Assembly: GCA_964106645.2 (NCBI GenBank)
Contig: OZ078259.1
Strand: one strand, 5' to 3'
From: Podarcis pityusensis
Taxonomy: Eukaryota
DNA length: 64,000 nt
The notes under the pieces were generated by a model. That model was not told the DNA's origin, did not search any database, and saw only the letters and a list, made by a program, of their open reading frames with translations. The stretch's first letter is position 1; every line of letters starts with the position of its first letter. Positions 1-13,176 of this stretch are shown here, piece by piece. Made by a program: the position numbers and the translations under genes.

Positions 1-440
1 CGCGCGGATGTTTAGGAGAGACGGCTGGAGAATGTGAAAAACGTGCTGAGCGACGAAGTAGGAGAGGAAAGGTGTGCCTTTAAATTCGCGCCTCCTCCTT
101 GTATTTAGAGGAAATCGTCGGAGACGGGCAAGGGGAGGTCGGTCGGAAGGAGGAGGCCAAAAACGAGGCGGAGTGCTCTAACTCTTGAGGGGAAAGCAGA
201 AGAAGAGTGTATAATGACCCGACAGAGCATGATGCGCCCTCTATTCTAAAAAAAAGCCCTATCTATTGAGGCGACATTAGAAAAAGCCAATGGGATGGGT
301 CTTTCTGCACCCCTCCAATTCCAGCACCGGATTCAGCCCCCTTAAATAAGTATCTCTTTCTAAGAATTCTGGGTTTCGCGAGTGGGCGAAGCTGATGGGT
401 AGGACTTCCGCCTACTTCCACCACTTTGTACGTGAGCTGT
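1..440 (-). promoter_or_regulatory. CpG-rich promoter-like region; probable 5' end of an unidentified minus-strand gene continuing beyond the left edge
   Basis: CpG-rich. TTTAAA (79-84) abuts E2F-like TTCGCGCC (85-92), a CDE/CHR-like arrangement on the minus strand, with Inr-like TCAGCA about 30 nt downstream. Also CCAAT at 287-291 and 315-319, TTTCGCG at 374-380, ETS-like ACTTCCG at 404-410. Confidence 0.55.
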
Positions 441-1231
441 AATGGTCCAGGAGGAGACTCCTGGAGCTCCGGAGACTTATCTTTTTAAAAGCCCTTTGCT
501 ATGTAGGCTGTTTGTCTCTCCACCTTTTCACAGATTCTATATGCCAAGTAGAATGGGGAGCAGCGGCTTACAAACCGGAAAAGAGGCCTTTGCAATTGGG
601 GGAGGATTGAGGGGATGTCCTCCCCCCCCCCTTTCTTTCTCCCATGCTCAGGCATGTATGGAGGGATTGTGGCAAACTCAGAGGAGGAGGTTCATTTCAT
701 GGAGCAATATTGTCTTCCTCCATCTCATACCCTTGTACCTCTTCCCATCTGAGGGTGTCTAGGTTCCTCCACACCATAGGAGCTTATGAAACCAACAAAT
801 TTCATTGATCCATCCAGACCTCCATGATCTCCTCTGACTGGCAGAAGTGCTTCAAAGCCCCCAGTGGAGCATAGGATACTATAGGGCTTCCTTGCTACTC
901 CTGCAGCTGATGAGGTCAGCTATGAGACCACCATGAGGTTTTTCAGGCAAGCCAGCTAACTGGTTCTGGGTGTTAAAATCCCATGGGTCATCTGCCTCAT
1001 TTAAGCCAATGTCTCAGGGAGACAGAGAATCACTGGCTGAACATCTGGAGAAGGTGTCCAAGGCTTAGTGAGTGGCAGAGGTGGGACTTGATCCTTTCCG
1101 CCACATCTCCACCCACTTTTGGGAACAAAATTCTAACTATTGGCCACATTGCCTTGTTCCACTGTGTCTGTGAATCTGGGGGTGGTGGCTCTTTAATCCA
1201 AATTGATGAACATGGTAATAATACCATGGAG

Positions 1232-1416
1232 AAGGGCTGTGGCTCAGGGGTAGAACATCTGCTTTGCATGCAGAAGGACTCAGGTTCGATCCCCAGCATC
1301 TCCAGGTAGGGAACAAAAAGAGGTCTCTATATGAAACCCTCAAGAGCTGCCGGTCAGTGCTAACCTAGAGGGACCAAATAGTTTTGTTCACTTTAAGGCA
1401 GCTTCCTTTGTTCCTA
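1232..1416 (+). mobile_element. tRNA-Ala(TGC)-derived SINE. Other copies: ~7005-7055, 9750-9990, 10065-10240, 20631-21785, 23378-23565(-), 25495-25650, 28080-28275(-), 37790-37960, 61690-61800(-)
   Basis: A-box TGGCTCAGGGGTAGA, anticodon arm CTTTGCATG, B-box GGTTCGATCCC, then a shared body ending AAGGCAGCTTCCT..GTTCCTA; many diverged copies. Confidence 0.85.
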
Positions 1417-1436
1417 TTGCAATAGTATGGCCACTG

Positions 1437-1437
1437 A

Positions 1438-1483
<46 letters not shown>
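1437..1483 (+). repeat. (AAT)n microsatellite
   Basis: perfect AAT run. Confidence 0.95.
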
Positions 1484-1487
<4 letters not shown>

Positions 1488-1704
1488 TTACAAATTATGT
1501 AGGGTTGCCATATTTCAGGCTACCATCCCAAACACATTTACTAAGGAGTAGACCTCACTGAACATGTTAGTGTTTTATAATCAGTCCAGGTTCCCTGATA
1601 TTTTATTGTTAAATGGTTGAAGTGACTCATATGTTGGCATGTGTACTACAAGGCTACAAATATTTTAAATAAATCATTCTGAGTACTCAGTATTTAAACT
1701 TGCT

Positions 1705-1943
1705 GAGAGCCAGTGTGGTGTAGTAGTTAAGAGCGGTGGACTCGTAATCTGGTGAACCGGGTTTGCTTCCCTGCTCCTCCACATGCAGCTGCTGGGTGAC
1801 CTTGGGCTAGTCACACTTCTCTGAAGTCTCTCAGCCTCACTCACCTCACATAGTGTTTGTTGTAGGGGAGGAAGGGAAAGGAAAATGTTAGCCGCTTTGA
1901 GACTCCTTCGGGTAGTGATAAATCCAAACTCTTTTTCTTCTTC
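1705..1943 (+). mobile_element. Squam3-like (MIR/Ther1-derived) tRNA SINE
   Basis: GAGAGCCAGTGTGGTGTAGT head, CORE-like GCTGGGTGACCTTGGGCTAGTCAC, (TTC)n tail; closely similar inverted copy at 43275-43529. Confidence 0.8.
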
Positions 1944-3548
1944 TCCTTGCTCTGGACATCACTTAATGCCCTGTTGTTACACTGCTAAGGCACATTAGAC
2001 TGAATTAACAGAGAAACCTGGCTTTCCTCAACATGTAAGGCACTTTCTTGGCAGTTTTTGAACCAGGGTGGTGGGTTTACAGGCATGCAACGTTTATGTA
2101 TACATCTGGGTGTATGGGTTTCTTCTCCCACATGGAACCTACACCCAAGAAAATCAAACAAGTGCTTGCTAACATCCAAACCACATCTGTTTCCTGCAGG
2201 CCACAGGCCACAACCCTTCCTTTCCCTTTTCAAAGGAATATATACAGATGATTCTCCAGCCTGCGCTTGCTCAGACACAGACATACTGTCCACTACATGC
2301 TCACAAAACCAAGACTCAGTGTGCTTGATCCTGTGCTCTAAACACACACAACCAGCCATATTTCAGTGTGTATGGGGAAGGAAATCCCTTTCCAGACACA
2401 TTTCCTGGGCAACACATACAACCCCATCTGAGGTTGAGGAGCATCTTAAAAAAGACACATGTGCGTAAGTTACGCACAGCTGATCACACTACATTTCTCT
2501 GCAGTAACAGCAAACCACAGATTGCCTTTGTTATTATTACATTAATACCTTTGCCTTCATCCAGTGAATCCAGGGAACTGTATGTGGCATTCCCTCCCAC
2601 CCTTTTTATTCATACAACAACCCTGTGAGTTAGACCAGAGACAGATGTGAAAATCCAGTGGTATTTTGAAAACAGAAGGTTCCAGTTTAAATACCCAGAA
2701 TTTCCACACACATATATATGGAGACAGCAAGTGATGAGAAAGACCTTCCTTTGCCTTAGACCTTGGACAGCTGCTGGCAGTCAGAGCAGACAATACTGGG
2801 ATAGACTGACAAATAGTTTGAGCTTATATAATAAGGCAGCTTATTATGCTAGGCCAAGGGTTTGTGGCTTGTAGGGCCAGGGCTGCAGTTTTAAATTCTA
2901 GACTTAATGGCTTCTACTTAACTTGCTTCACTAGAAAATTGTGGTATTCGCCACTGATCATTTTTAGCACCTCCCTTTCTTCTTTACTCTTTTTCATTGA
3001 GCACACAAAAGGTCAGGAGAAGGAAGAGGTATGTCTCTTGTTTGTACACAGATAAGGGGATATATTGGCTTCCCTGAAGTCGTTCCCCACACCCCCAGTG
3101 ACAAATGCTGTTGATATGCGGTTTGCTCAGGGTGATATTATACTAGCAGATAATATCTCCTACATCTAGAGCTAACTCCTACTACTGTACATGGCTGGGG
3201 ACCTCTATGCCTGTGGCTCAATATGGCTCTCTATGTCCCTTAATCTGACCCTCAGAACTCTTCCCAGGCCACACCCTTCATTAGCTCTACATTAAAACCG
3301 GAGTGTTCTTGCTAGGGCAGAACAAATTATTGAGTATTGATAATGGCTCTTGCTTCAGGATCAGGGTACGAGGTGAAATGTGTATAGAAACTATTCTACA
3401 ACATATAGGCAAAATGTACATTTGCGGCTTACTCACCTTTGCCTCTGGCTCCACCTACCATTGGCATGTGGCCCTCAGAAAGTTGTCTAGAAGGGAATGC
3501 AGACCTCAGTCTGAAAATGGTTCCCCACTCCTGTCCTACTATCTAGAT

Positions 3549-3681
3549 CAGGGATAGAGAGACTCTGGCCCTTCCAGATGTTGATGGACTCCCAGCTCCC
3601 TGATTATTGGCCATGCTGGCATGGGGCTGATGGGAGATGGCACTTAGGAACCTCTGGAGGACTACAATTTTCCCATCCCTG
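3549..3681. mobile_element. palindromic hAT-type MITE
   Basis: CAGGGA...TCCCTG termini; 8-bp TSD ATCTAGAT/ATCCAGAT; internal inverted symmetry. Confidence 0.75.
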
Positions 3682-4309
3682 ATCCAGATCATCAAAGAGC
3701 CACATACATAAGAAGAGCCTTGATGGATCAGACAAGAAGGTCTGTCCAGAAACCTGTTTCCAGCTGTGACCACCTAGATGCTTTGAGGAAGTCAGAGCAT
3801 GAAGGCATTCTTGATTACTTAAACTAAAAGACTAAAACTAGCCTATCTGATCTTCTTTTAAGCTGCAAAGGGATGGCACTCTGCTGAAGGAAGGAAGAAT
3901 AATATCTAATAAATGTATCTTCTCCTCTCCTAGCATCTAATCACTTGCTGTATGCAACAACACACTTCCTTTGATTCCCCAGGCCTGGTTCCAGAATGAA
4001 TGATCTGAGCACTGAACTTTGCCAGTGCTGATCAGGTCCTGAACTTTATCCACAACCCAGTCAAGCTGATTTTATTGTTGTCAGTATTTTCAGTGCTGGT
4101 CATGGTGGTGATGGCAGTGATTGTATTTTATAGGTCATTTCCACCCTACTTTAAAAGTACCCCCAAAATCAGCACACATAAAAGCAATAAATAAATATAT
4201 ATATTTGCAGTGTAATACAACTTCTCTATAAAAGAACCTAATGGTGAATCAGATGCAAAAGCAGCAGGCTAAATGGGTCAGTGAAGGCCAGCTCATCCAC
4301 ACACCTCGT

Positions 4310-4640
4310 TCAGTGCTTAAACTCCAATACTAGAGCATCCTCAGCAGATGGCTGACAACTTCAGGCAGGCAAAGACTTCTAGCCAGGGAGAGATCACTGC
4401 TCCTTCAGCTAATTGCCTCCACCTACAAATTACTGTTACCACAAAGTTTCTTGGCTGAAACGTTCATCCAAAATTGACTCTCTTATAACTTAAACACAAA
4501 AGATCTAGTCCTGTTCTCTGACACACCAAAGGACATGTATTTGCCCTCTTCTGTCTGACAGCCCTTCAGTTATTTGAAGACTACTGCCATGTCCACATCC
4601 AAGTCTTTTGTTGTCTAAGCTAAACATAACCAGTTCAGCT
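4310..4640 (-). mobile_element. old, diverged CR1 LINE 3' fragment
   Basis: recognisable similarity to the young CR1 at 58629-59363 (e.g. TGACAGCCCTTCAGTTATTTGAAGAC). Confidence 0.6.
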
Positions 4641-5207
4641 TAGATCTCTTTATGGATGTCCCCTCTCAGCAGCTTGCGAACTTTAAACTGATGGAAAGGT
4701 CTTCCAGAATTGGAAAGTCTTATCTAGTGACAAAAGGTGGTGAAATTTACATTAGGAGTGAATGTAGCTGCCAGGAACATTTTGTTCCATGACAGGGGTC
4801 CATGTTGAATGGGACTGAGAGACCCAAATAATCCCAGGAGCTGCAACTATTTGGCTAAACACAAGTATTTGGTTGTTTATTCTTACTTTATACCCATTTT
4901 TTGCTGTATAAAGTGAGAAAGAGAGGGGAGAGAGAGATGATTCAGAATGTCTTACAATCACACTTTCTACGGCTGCCTTCAAAACACCAGACTAGACTAC
5001 CAGCATTGACCCCCTGCATGGGGCTACCCTTCTTTACTTTGCAGAATCACAAGTTTAATTGCAGTGGAAGAAGATTAGAGCAGTGCTCCTGCACCTGCTC
5101 TGGTTTTGACCTATAAAGCACCCAATGCAATCCTATGCTTACTTCAGTGATACTAACTTCCAAGTAAATACACACCAGGCATCCTTGCCTCTCAGACACC
5201 CCATTCA

Positions 5208-5466
5208 GCCTGTGTAGCATAGTGGCTAAAGACTGAACCATGGAATCGGGAAGTCCATGGATCAAACCTTACCTCTGCCAGGAATTCCCACGATGGCCTT
5301 AAGCAAGCTGCTCTGTCTGATCCTCAGTCCTTCCCATCTGCAACATGGGAGGTAATAATACTGACTTGGACTGCAGGATTGTTGTAAAGGTTACGGTCAG
5401 GTAATATATGTGAGCTTAATGCTTTGGGCAGCTGGACACACTATTATAGTGCTAAGTATTATTATT
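5208..5466 (+). mobile_element. MIR/Ther1-like CORE SINE, old and near full length
   Basis: tRNA-like head, CORE motif CCTCAGTCCTTCCCATCTGCAACATGGGA..TAATA, (TAT)n tail. Confidence 0.75.
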
Positions 5467-5644
5467 CTCCTTTGTGTCCAGGTGAGAGCACCTGGGCACC
5501 AAATCAAGGCACAAACAGGCATCCTTTACTTTATGCCTCTGGAGCAAGCTTCTGTTGGAGCATTTTATTTCTATGAAAATGTGTTTTCTTTATCTAGGCT
5601 GGATTTCAAGTAGGTATGGTGCAATACAGATGTATTGTAGGATT

Positions 5645-6112
5645 TGTTGTTGTTTGGTCATTTAGTCGTGTCTGACTCTTCGTGACCCCATGGACCAGAG
5701 CACGCCAGGCACTCCTGTCTTCCACTGCCTCCCGCAGTTTGGTCAGACTCATGTTTGTAGCTTCGAGAACACTGTCCAACCATCTTGTCCTCTGTCGTCC
5801 CCTTCTCCTTGTGCCCTCCATCTTTCCCAACATCAGGGTCTTTTCCAGGGAGTCTTCTCTTCTCATGAGGTGGCCAAAGTATTGGAGCCTCAACTTCACG
5901 ATCTGTCCTTCCAGTGAGCACTCAGGGCTGATTTCCTTAAGAATGGATACGTTTGATCTTCTTGCAGTCCATGGGACTCTCAAGAGTCTCCTCCAGCACC
6001 ATAATTCAAAAGCATCAATTCTTCGGCGATCAGCCTTCTTGATGGTCCAGCTCTCACTTCCATACATCACTACTGGGAAAACCATGGCTTTAACTATACG
6101 GACCTTTGTTGG
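5645..6112 (-). mobile_element. BovB (RTE clade) LINE, 5'-truncated
   Basis: ORF 5606-6085 YGSESWTIKKADRRRIDAFELWCWRRLL...RRRGRQRTRWLD is the BovB C-terminus; (CAA)n tail; 11-bp TSD ATTGTAGGATT (5634-5644, 6113-6123). Confidence 0.95.
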
Positions 6113-6199
6113 ATTGTAGGATTACCACCCCCTTTTAACAACAGGGAATATCAGATTCTGATTTTAATGTTGCTCCTCCATGCTGATACATTGAGATGG

Positions 6200-6385
6200 T
6201 GTTGGAAGACTATGCAAATCCGTGGAGGATAAGACTACCAATGGCTACTAACCATGGTGGCTATGTGCCTCAGATCGCACTTGCAGACATTACCATTATG
6301 GCACCAGGTTGGCCACTGTGAGAACAGGATGCTGGACTAAATGAGCCTTTGGCCTGACCCAGCAGCCAGCTCTTCTTATGTTCCT
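6200..6385 (+). mobile_element. CR1-type LINE 3' end fragment (related copies 24430-24620 minus, 43230-43555)
   Basis: GGCCACTGTGAGAACAGGATGCTGGACTA...CTCTTCTTATGTTC terminus. Confidence 0.6.
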
Positions 6386-7529
6386 AGGGTGGGTTAAAAA
6401 TAAACTGAATTTTGAGAGAAGGGGAGCAAACTCTAGAGTCTGACTTTTTGCTTCCAAATTTCCAAACACATTATATTCAGATGATGATGATGATTATCCT
6501 CCATTTGTTACAGTGGGTTTTATAATTCTTCCATGACTTGAGATCACGGCTTTTTATCCTTAATGCTGCCACCACACCCTCCCTTTCACGCATAGAGTTC
6601 AAAGTGGCATTTGCTACAAGCCAGAAGTTGGCAGCAAGTGCTAAACCCATGAAATCCCTTGGGCTGCCACAGGATTTAAACCTAGTATGGATTATTCGTA
6701 AAGATAACATTTAGTTGGGAGTGCGCTCCTCCAGCTGAAACCACGTCTAGTCTTTAGGACGTTGTACATATATGTATGCAGAATCTCTGTCGTCGTTGGA
6801 CTCTGCTGAGGGCTATTGAAACAGGCAAGTGATATCTCAGGATCCTAACATCGGCTGGGAGCGAGTTCCGAGTTTCTCGAGAGTTGTAGCGGTAGTACGC
6901 GCACGCGGGTCATCACCTAGTGTTGGAATTATCAAGCGGTGAATGGGATCGTGTGAACGAGCCCTAAGCCAGTGCTCCAAGGAAAGTGGGGCGGGGCGGT
7001 GGAAACAGTAGCTTAGTGAAAGCAGTTCATGCTTAGCATGTAGAAGGTCTCTAGGCAGGACTGGAAAGGACCGCTTACTTTGAAAGCGTCTGCCTTCAAC
7101 AGTAGTAGCGGTGGTGGTAGCAGCAGCAGCAGAGATCTAGCTTTCCTGGGGTCCCAGGCGCCTGGGAGCTGTCCGCGGTTACTTAGAGAAAGAAAGGCAC
7201 TTTGCACATCCGCAGAGGTACCGTTTGGGTGTTACTTTCCCATGTGTCTTGACTGACCCCGGCGCTAAACCACGTGTCCCCCGCCCTCCCCGCCCAGCCT
7301 CCCCAACCCCAAATCTTGCTTCCTCTGATTCTCTGTTAGGGAAAGATCAGTAAACCGAGTCTCGAAGGCGAAAACGCTACTCGCTTGCGTGCGCCTAGGC
7401 GAGGAACGGAGGCAACTGCTTCTGAATGACCTGTGCACTATTTTCAAATTTGAGTTCTGCGGTTGGTTTCAGTAAGGTGTATAGCGCCGAACTGAGCGGG
7501 GTGTGTGTGTTAGATTTTTGTTTTATTTC

Positions 7530-7573
7530 CCCCTCTTTCTTTCTCTTCCCGTTCTTCATCTTCTAGTCCTACC

Positions 7574-7624
<51 letters not shown>

Positions 7625-7770
7625 CTAATTCCAGTTTCTCCTTCCCCCCTTTCTTCCTTCTCTTCCTCTTTCCTTCTTTCCATTTTATTATTCTCCCTTC
7701 CTTTTCCTCTTCCTTTCTTTTTTCCTCCCTCCTCTTTCTTTCTTTCTTTCTTTCTTTCTTCTCTGCCTCT
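7530..7770 (+). repeat. polypyrimidine tract including (TTTC)n; similar tract at 12590-12740
   Basis: almost pure C/T on the + strand. Confidence 0.9.
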
Positions 7771-8980
7771 CACCTCTGGAAGGCAAAGACTCTGTGCTTT
7801 TATCCGCGGTCTGGCTGTCAGAAATTCAACAGGTGCAGCTCTCCCCCCTCCCCGCTTCCCTGCCTCTCTCTTATACAAGCCATGCCACTAGAAGCTCGCC
7901 CTGCTCCCTTTCAGATTTCCCACCACCGTATTTTGCCTATGTTAACATTTTAAATTGTAAGCCGCCTTTAAAATTGTGAGCGCTATATAAATCAAGTAAG
8001 CACAAAGACCGAAGCCAACTGGTAAAGGCTCAATATGTCGCGGGAGGGAGGAGACATGACTTCCTGGAGGCCATCTATGAATGTCCTGAGCGTTTGTAGG
8101 AATTCCTTAGGAGATGCAACTTTCACGCACATTCCCCCCGTCATTTTAAACCTTTGTTGAGATTGAGTGTAGTGACACACTGACACACTTTTTTTGGTCT
8201 CTCATACCTAATTTAATTTTGTTTATTGCATGTTATATGCCACCATTCTCCTCAATGAACTCGGTGCAATGCGCATGGTTTTCCCGTACCCGTGTTGTTC
8301 CCACAACCACCCTGTGAGGTAGGATAGGCGGAGAGGCAGTGACCTGTCAAGGTCACCCTGTGCGCTTCAAGGGCTGGGTGGGGATTCATCCCTGGTCTTT
8401 CTTTCACCCTCTCGCTCCTCCCTCCCAACTGCATCTCCCCCTCAAACACTGAGAAAGACTCCCCGCTTTCCAGCCATGGAAATGCCTCTCTCTGACGCTT
8501 GTATTTAGACAGGACAGCAGCTCACACCTCTGCCACCGACTCTTTATGTGGTCCTGGGCAAATTACATTGACTGGAGAGAAAACCGTGATTTACATGCCT
8601 TTGCCAGTTCAGGGTGCCCTGGAAAGTATAACTAGATAACAGGTGAAAGCAGGGCAGTTGCGTTTCACACTTGGGGTGGAGGGACACTCTCTAAAAGACA
8701 GTAGAAAGCGCCCTTGGGCGTTACCTTCCTCGTTAATCTAAGATGGGAAGTGTCGAATTAATCGCCTCTCCCCACCCGCTCGGATTCTGCTACAGAAAGA
8801 TCCCGCAGGATCGAATGAGGATCCAGTTTACCCCACCCCCGGAACTGGGAACGGGGGGAGAGAAGCAGAGCACCCTCCCCCCTTGCCAGTAAATCGATTG
8901 TTCTAAACTTCTGCAGTGGGATACTCAAAAAAGAGAAATATAGAAAAGAGAAAGATCAGCAAAAGTATTAGCAGTTGAAT

Positions 8981-9015
<35 letters not shown>

Positions 9016-9044
9016 GCCGCTTGGAACAGGCACGTGCAAAAACA

Positions 9045-9283
9045 ATAGAATCATAGAATCTGAAGAGTTGGAAAGGACCTCAGGGGTCATCTAGTCCAAC
9101 CCCCTGTAATGCAGGAATCTCAGCTAAACCATCCATGACAGATGGTCACCCAACAACTGCTTAAAAACCTCCAAGGAAGGAGAGTCCACCACTTCTCGTG
9201 GGAATCTGTTACACCGCGGAACAGCGCTTGCTCTCAGAAAGCTTTTCCGAATGTTTAGTTGGGATCTCCTTTCTTGTAACTTG
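9045..9283 (-). mobile_element. CR1 LINE 3' fragment (shorter copies 19123-19215 minus, 9808-9890 plus)
   Basis: (ATTCTATG)-type tail and typical CR1 3' UTR GGTTGGACTAGATGACC. Confidence 0.85.
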
Positions 9284-12200
9284 ATACAAACAAACTAAAA
9301 TTATGTAACAGTGAATGAGGACTAGTAGCTTACTGTAGTCTTAAAACATAATGAAATGTAAAGTCATTTTGAATTTTTGTCCCTTTAATTAACATTTCTT
9401 AACTATATCCTTAGAGCAACAAATGGTGGGGTGAAAATTAAGGGTAGCGGGTTAGGAACTTTATTCCCTTAGAGCTAACATTATTTCCCGGGGGATGAGA
9501 AGTTACTTCTTGAAGCTGCATGCTCTGTCGTCTTCTTTTTAACAGTGCAGTCCTATGTATGCTAACTCAGAAGTATGAATCCCAGTGATTTATACGGGGC
9601 TCACCACAAAGGTTAGGGGGGGCGCCATTCGATTGCCCCTTCCGGGGTTTGTGAGAAGGAGGGGCGGTGGTTGAGATTTCTCAGGAGTAAGAGAGACAGG
9701 CTCTCTGCGCATCTGGCACTGAGAAAAGAGATCACGGTCCCTTTGGGAGAAGGAGCGTAGCTCAGTGGGTGGAGCATCTGCTTTGCGTGCAGAACGTAGC
9801 GGGTTCAGTCTTTGCTGAGATCCCTGCATTGCAGAGGGTTGGATATGACGCTGGGGTCCCTTCCAACTCTAAGATTCTGTGTTTCTATGATAATCCCAGG
9901 TACTGCTGGAAAAGACTCCTTTCTGAAACCACAGTATTGTCGGTGTATTGACAATACTGAGCAAGGCGGACCAATGGTCTGGCTCGCCTCAAGTCCCACA
10001 CCCCTCTTTTAAATCAGCCCTTAACTCAAAACCATGAGGACTGGAATCCTGCTAGTCTTCATGCCACAGCTGTAGAGCAAGTGTTTTTCAAGCAAAAGGT
10101 CTCTGTTCAATCCCTGGCATCTCCAGGTTCGGCTGGAAACGATTTCCTGCCTGAAATCCTGGAAAGCCGCTGCCAGTCAGTGCAGGCAGTACGGAGCTGG
10201 ATGGACCAATGGTGTGACTCGGTTAGAGGGCAGCTTTCTGTGCATGAAAAGTGAAAACCAGCTTCTCACTCAGAAAACCTAATGGTTCCTTGAGGCTAGG
10301 ATGGGGTTATCTCTTTCGCCTCTGTCACCCTCCCCGGCTGGGCATCGGGAAGCCACAGACCAGTTCAACCACAGTATGTTCAGGAGTTCATGGCTACGTC
10401 GCTGCTTCTAGGGCCAAAGGCAGCTTGCCGCAGAGATGGCTATTGTGCGCATACCCCGCTTGTATTGCACCTTGAGCGGAAAGGCGAGTTAAAAATCCAG
10501 TAGCAGCAACAACAACAACTCGATTTAGCAATTGGGGATGATTCACACATGCAGATAAATCACTTGATTTCTCATTGCACGGTCTCTCCTTACTCTAACT
10601 GTCTCCCTGAACGATGGGCATGGAAGTATTGCATTTCAGCTGACATTGGGTGATTCGGAAATACCTGCTTCTTCAGCGTGGCGAATCTGTGACGGCTCCT
10701 TCCTACGCCTCCACCCTTCACGCTGAAGGAAGGAACACGCGCTCGTGTGAACTGGCCGATAACCTTGTTGGTTTGGAACGAATGTACATTTCCAGGCTCT
10801 TTCCATCCTCTAGAAGCCTTTGAAGCAAGGATTTAGGCTTAACAGAGTCGGGGATCGGACTGTAGTCTTGGGTTCTCGCCGTCTCGCTTCCCGCCTTGGC
10901 AATCTCAACTATAAAACTGGTTTGCGTGTGTGTGTGTGTGTGTGTGTGTGCATGTGCTGATTTTCGTCTGATGCATTATTTGTTGTAACACCGACATGAA
11001 CATGACACAATATCACTCCACTCGTGTCTGCTCGAGCGTTTTTACCTCCAAGAACTAGGCTAAGAAAGCTTTAAGGAGGTGTGCACGTCTCTATCTCCAC
11101 ACACGAACACACGAACACACAGAGCCTTCCTGCTTTTCGATCAGTTTCTCTTGTGAAGTACCTGCAAAATAATTTAGCAACACCGCCCCCCTCAAGGAAT
11201 TCAGCAAGGTTCTGGATGTCAGAGAGGAAACATTTGAAACAACATGTTGAAGATTTCAAGAATTAAAGAGAACTCACACAATGCTTCATCTTTACTTCCT
11301 TTATAATTTATGCAGTTTTGGCTCATCCCAATCAAAAGCCGTCGCTCACTTAAAAGGAGACGTTAATTTTCTTTATCTCTCCCCCCGCCTCCCCTTCCCA
11401 CAGTCGAAAGGATCTGTCGGAATATATATTTAATTAGTTCCAAAAAGCCCTGAGATTCAGCTACGTCACTGGGGGTTTTGTTTTGGGGGGGTTGAAGCAA
11501 TATATACTTTTAGGGATCTTGGGGCAGGGTGAGGAATCATCCTAACAATCCAGATGTTTTTAAATGGAATGATGAAAATAAAAGGAGACCAAAACTCCAA
11601 TGGAACCAACATTTTGTTTCCTTTCACATTTGAAGAATGAAGGTTGCATGCAATTGCAGCTGTACTCTGAGCAGACCTACTGAAATTAATGGACGTTACT
11701 AATTTAAGCCTATTAATTTCAGTAGGTATACTCTGCATAGAACTTAGTTGAAGAGCACCTATTGTAATTTTTTTTGCAGGGGTGGCGGATATTTTGAGCA
11801 GAGGAAAATTGAAAATGTGTGCAATATATCTCCCAAGATCAAAAATCAGGCCTGGGCACACGTTTTTCTTTTCCTTTCTTTCCTATACCAAAAACAGCTA
11901 AATAATTCTTTAAGTCTTGTGGTTGTTATTATTGTCATTACGTGGTTACAAAGGAAATCAACTTTCCAGTTTCCCCCCATCAAAGGAGTGGGGGGGACAC
12001 CTCCTGCATTGATAGTAGGTTGGAATTCTAAACAGACTCCTGCACACCTAGATGTAATTAATGATGGGGGGTGGAAAGCGAGGGAAAGAAAGATCCAGGA
12101 AGACCCAGTTTGGCCTTCAGCAAAAGCAAAGTTTATTTGGGAAGCAGCTGAAATTAGCGCCCATTCTAAGTCACAGGTTGCCTGATGGTTTCCGTTGCCT

Positions 12201-13176
12201 TCCAACTCCACCGCCACCCCCCAAAAGGACCCTTTCCTCAACAGTTGTCCTGGCGAACCCCAGTCATTTCCCCTCTGCTAAAGTGACTAAGATGATCCTA
12301 AGGTTTCGTGTGCCCAGAGACTAACTGTGGCGTTTTGCATTTCATTCGCACGTCCCTGAGACAAGCAGATGGCTGGACAGACGGACGATCCCTCGCGTCT
12401 AAAATCGAATATTAACAAGAATGCTTTCTAGTGCTGTTCAACAGCGTTTTTAAAACGTTTGTGTGCCAAACCCGTTTGAAAAATCGGACTACTTATTTCA
12501 TTCTCCTTAATCAGTAGCAGATATTTCACTTTTAGTTTGGGTGTCGGGGGCTGCTCGGGTTCTTTGCTTCCTTATATTTCTCTAACTTATTTATTTCTCT
12601 TTCTCCATTCTCCTTCTCTCCCTCCACATTCGTTATTTTCCTTCCTTCCTTCCGAATCTTTCTCTCTCTCTTCCTTCCTCCTTTCTTCCCCTGTCTCCCC
12701 TTCTCTTCCTTCCTCTTTCTTTTCCTCCCTTACTTCTCTCCCGTTATATTGGAGCCACCCTTCCTCCGGAATGGAGAAGCGCTGGGCTTTCCCTTCCAGA
12801 TCTCCCAGGGCACCCTCGTCTGCCCCACAACCTATTGTGATTTGGGGAGCAGCTTCTCCCTGCAGTAAAAATAACAGGACTTCTCCAAACCCAGAACCGT
12901 CGAGGTTTGAGAGCTGGACCAAAGGGGGTCATACGGATTTCGACTGGAGTCTGTGAGGCCAACGAATGCAGGAAAGGCCCACCCTAACGTGAGGCCACAG
13001 AGGGACCAGGTCAGCCCCAGGTGGTAAATTTGAAGGTGCCATTAAATTGAGCAGGAGGAACTTCGGATTTTCTGGTTCTAGCTAGCCAGGTCCATCTTTG
13101 CAACACAGAGAACCTTCCTCTTCTACAAAGTGAGGTACACAGAGCAAAATTTGATTGGCAGATAGGCAGGTAATAA

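Noticed and set aside
907-935. CTGATGAG-GTC..GACC hammerhead-like start
   Set aside because: No GAAA after the short stem and no supporting stems
1232-1305. tRNA-Ala and tRNA-Ile-like sequences as real tRNA genes
   Set aside because: Broken stems, no T-run terminator, and followed by shared SINE bodies
7510-7878. Lys/Glu/Arg-rich ORF (also 12537-12956 and the poly-E ORF 17739-18095)
   Set aside because: Translations of polypyrimidine or microsatellite tracts
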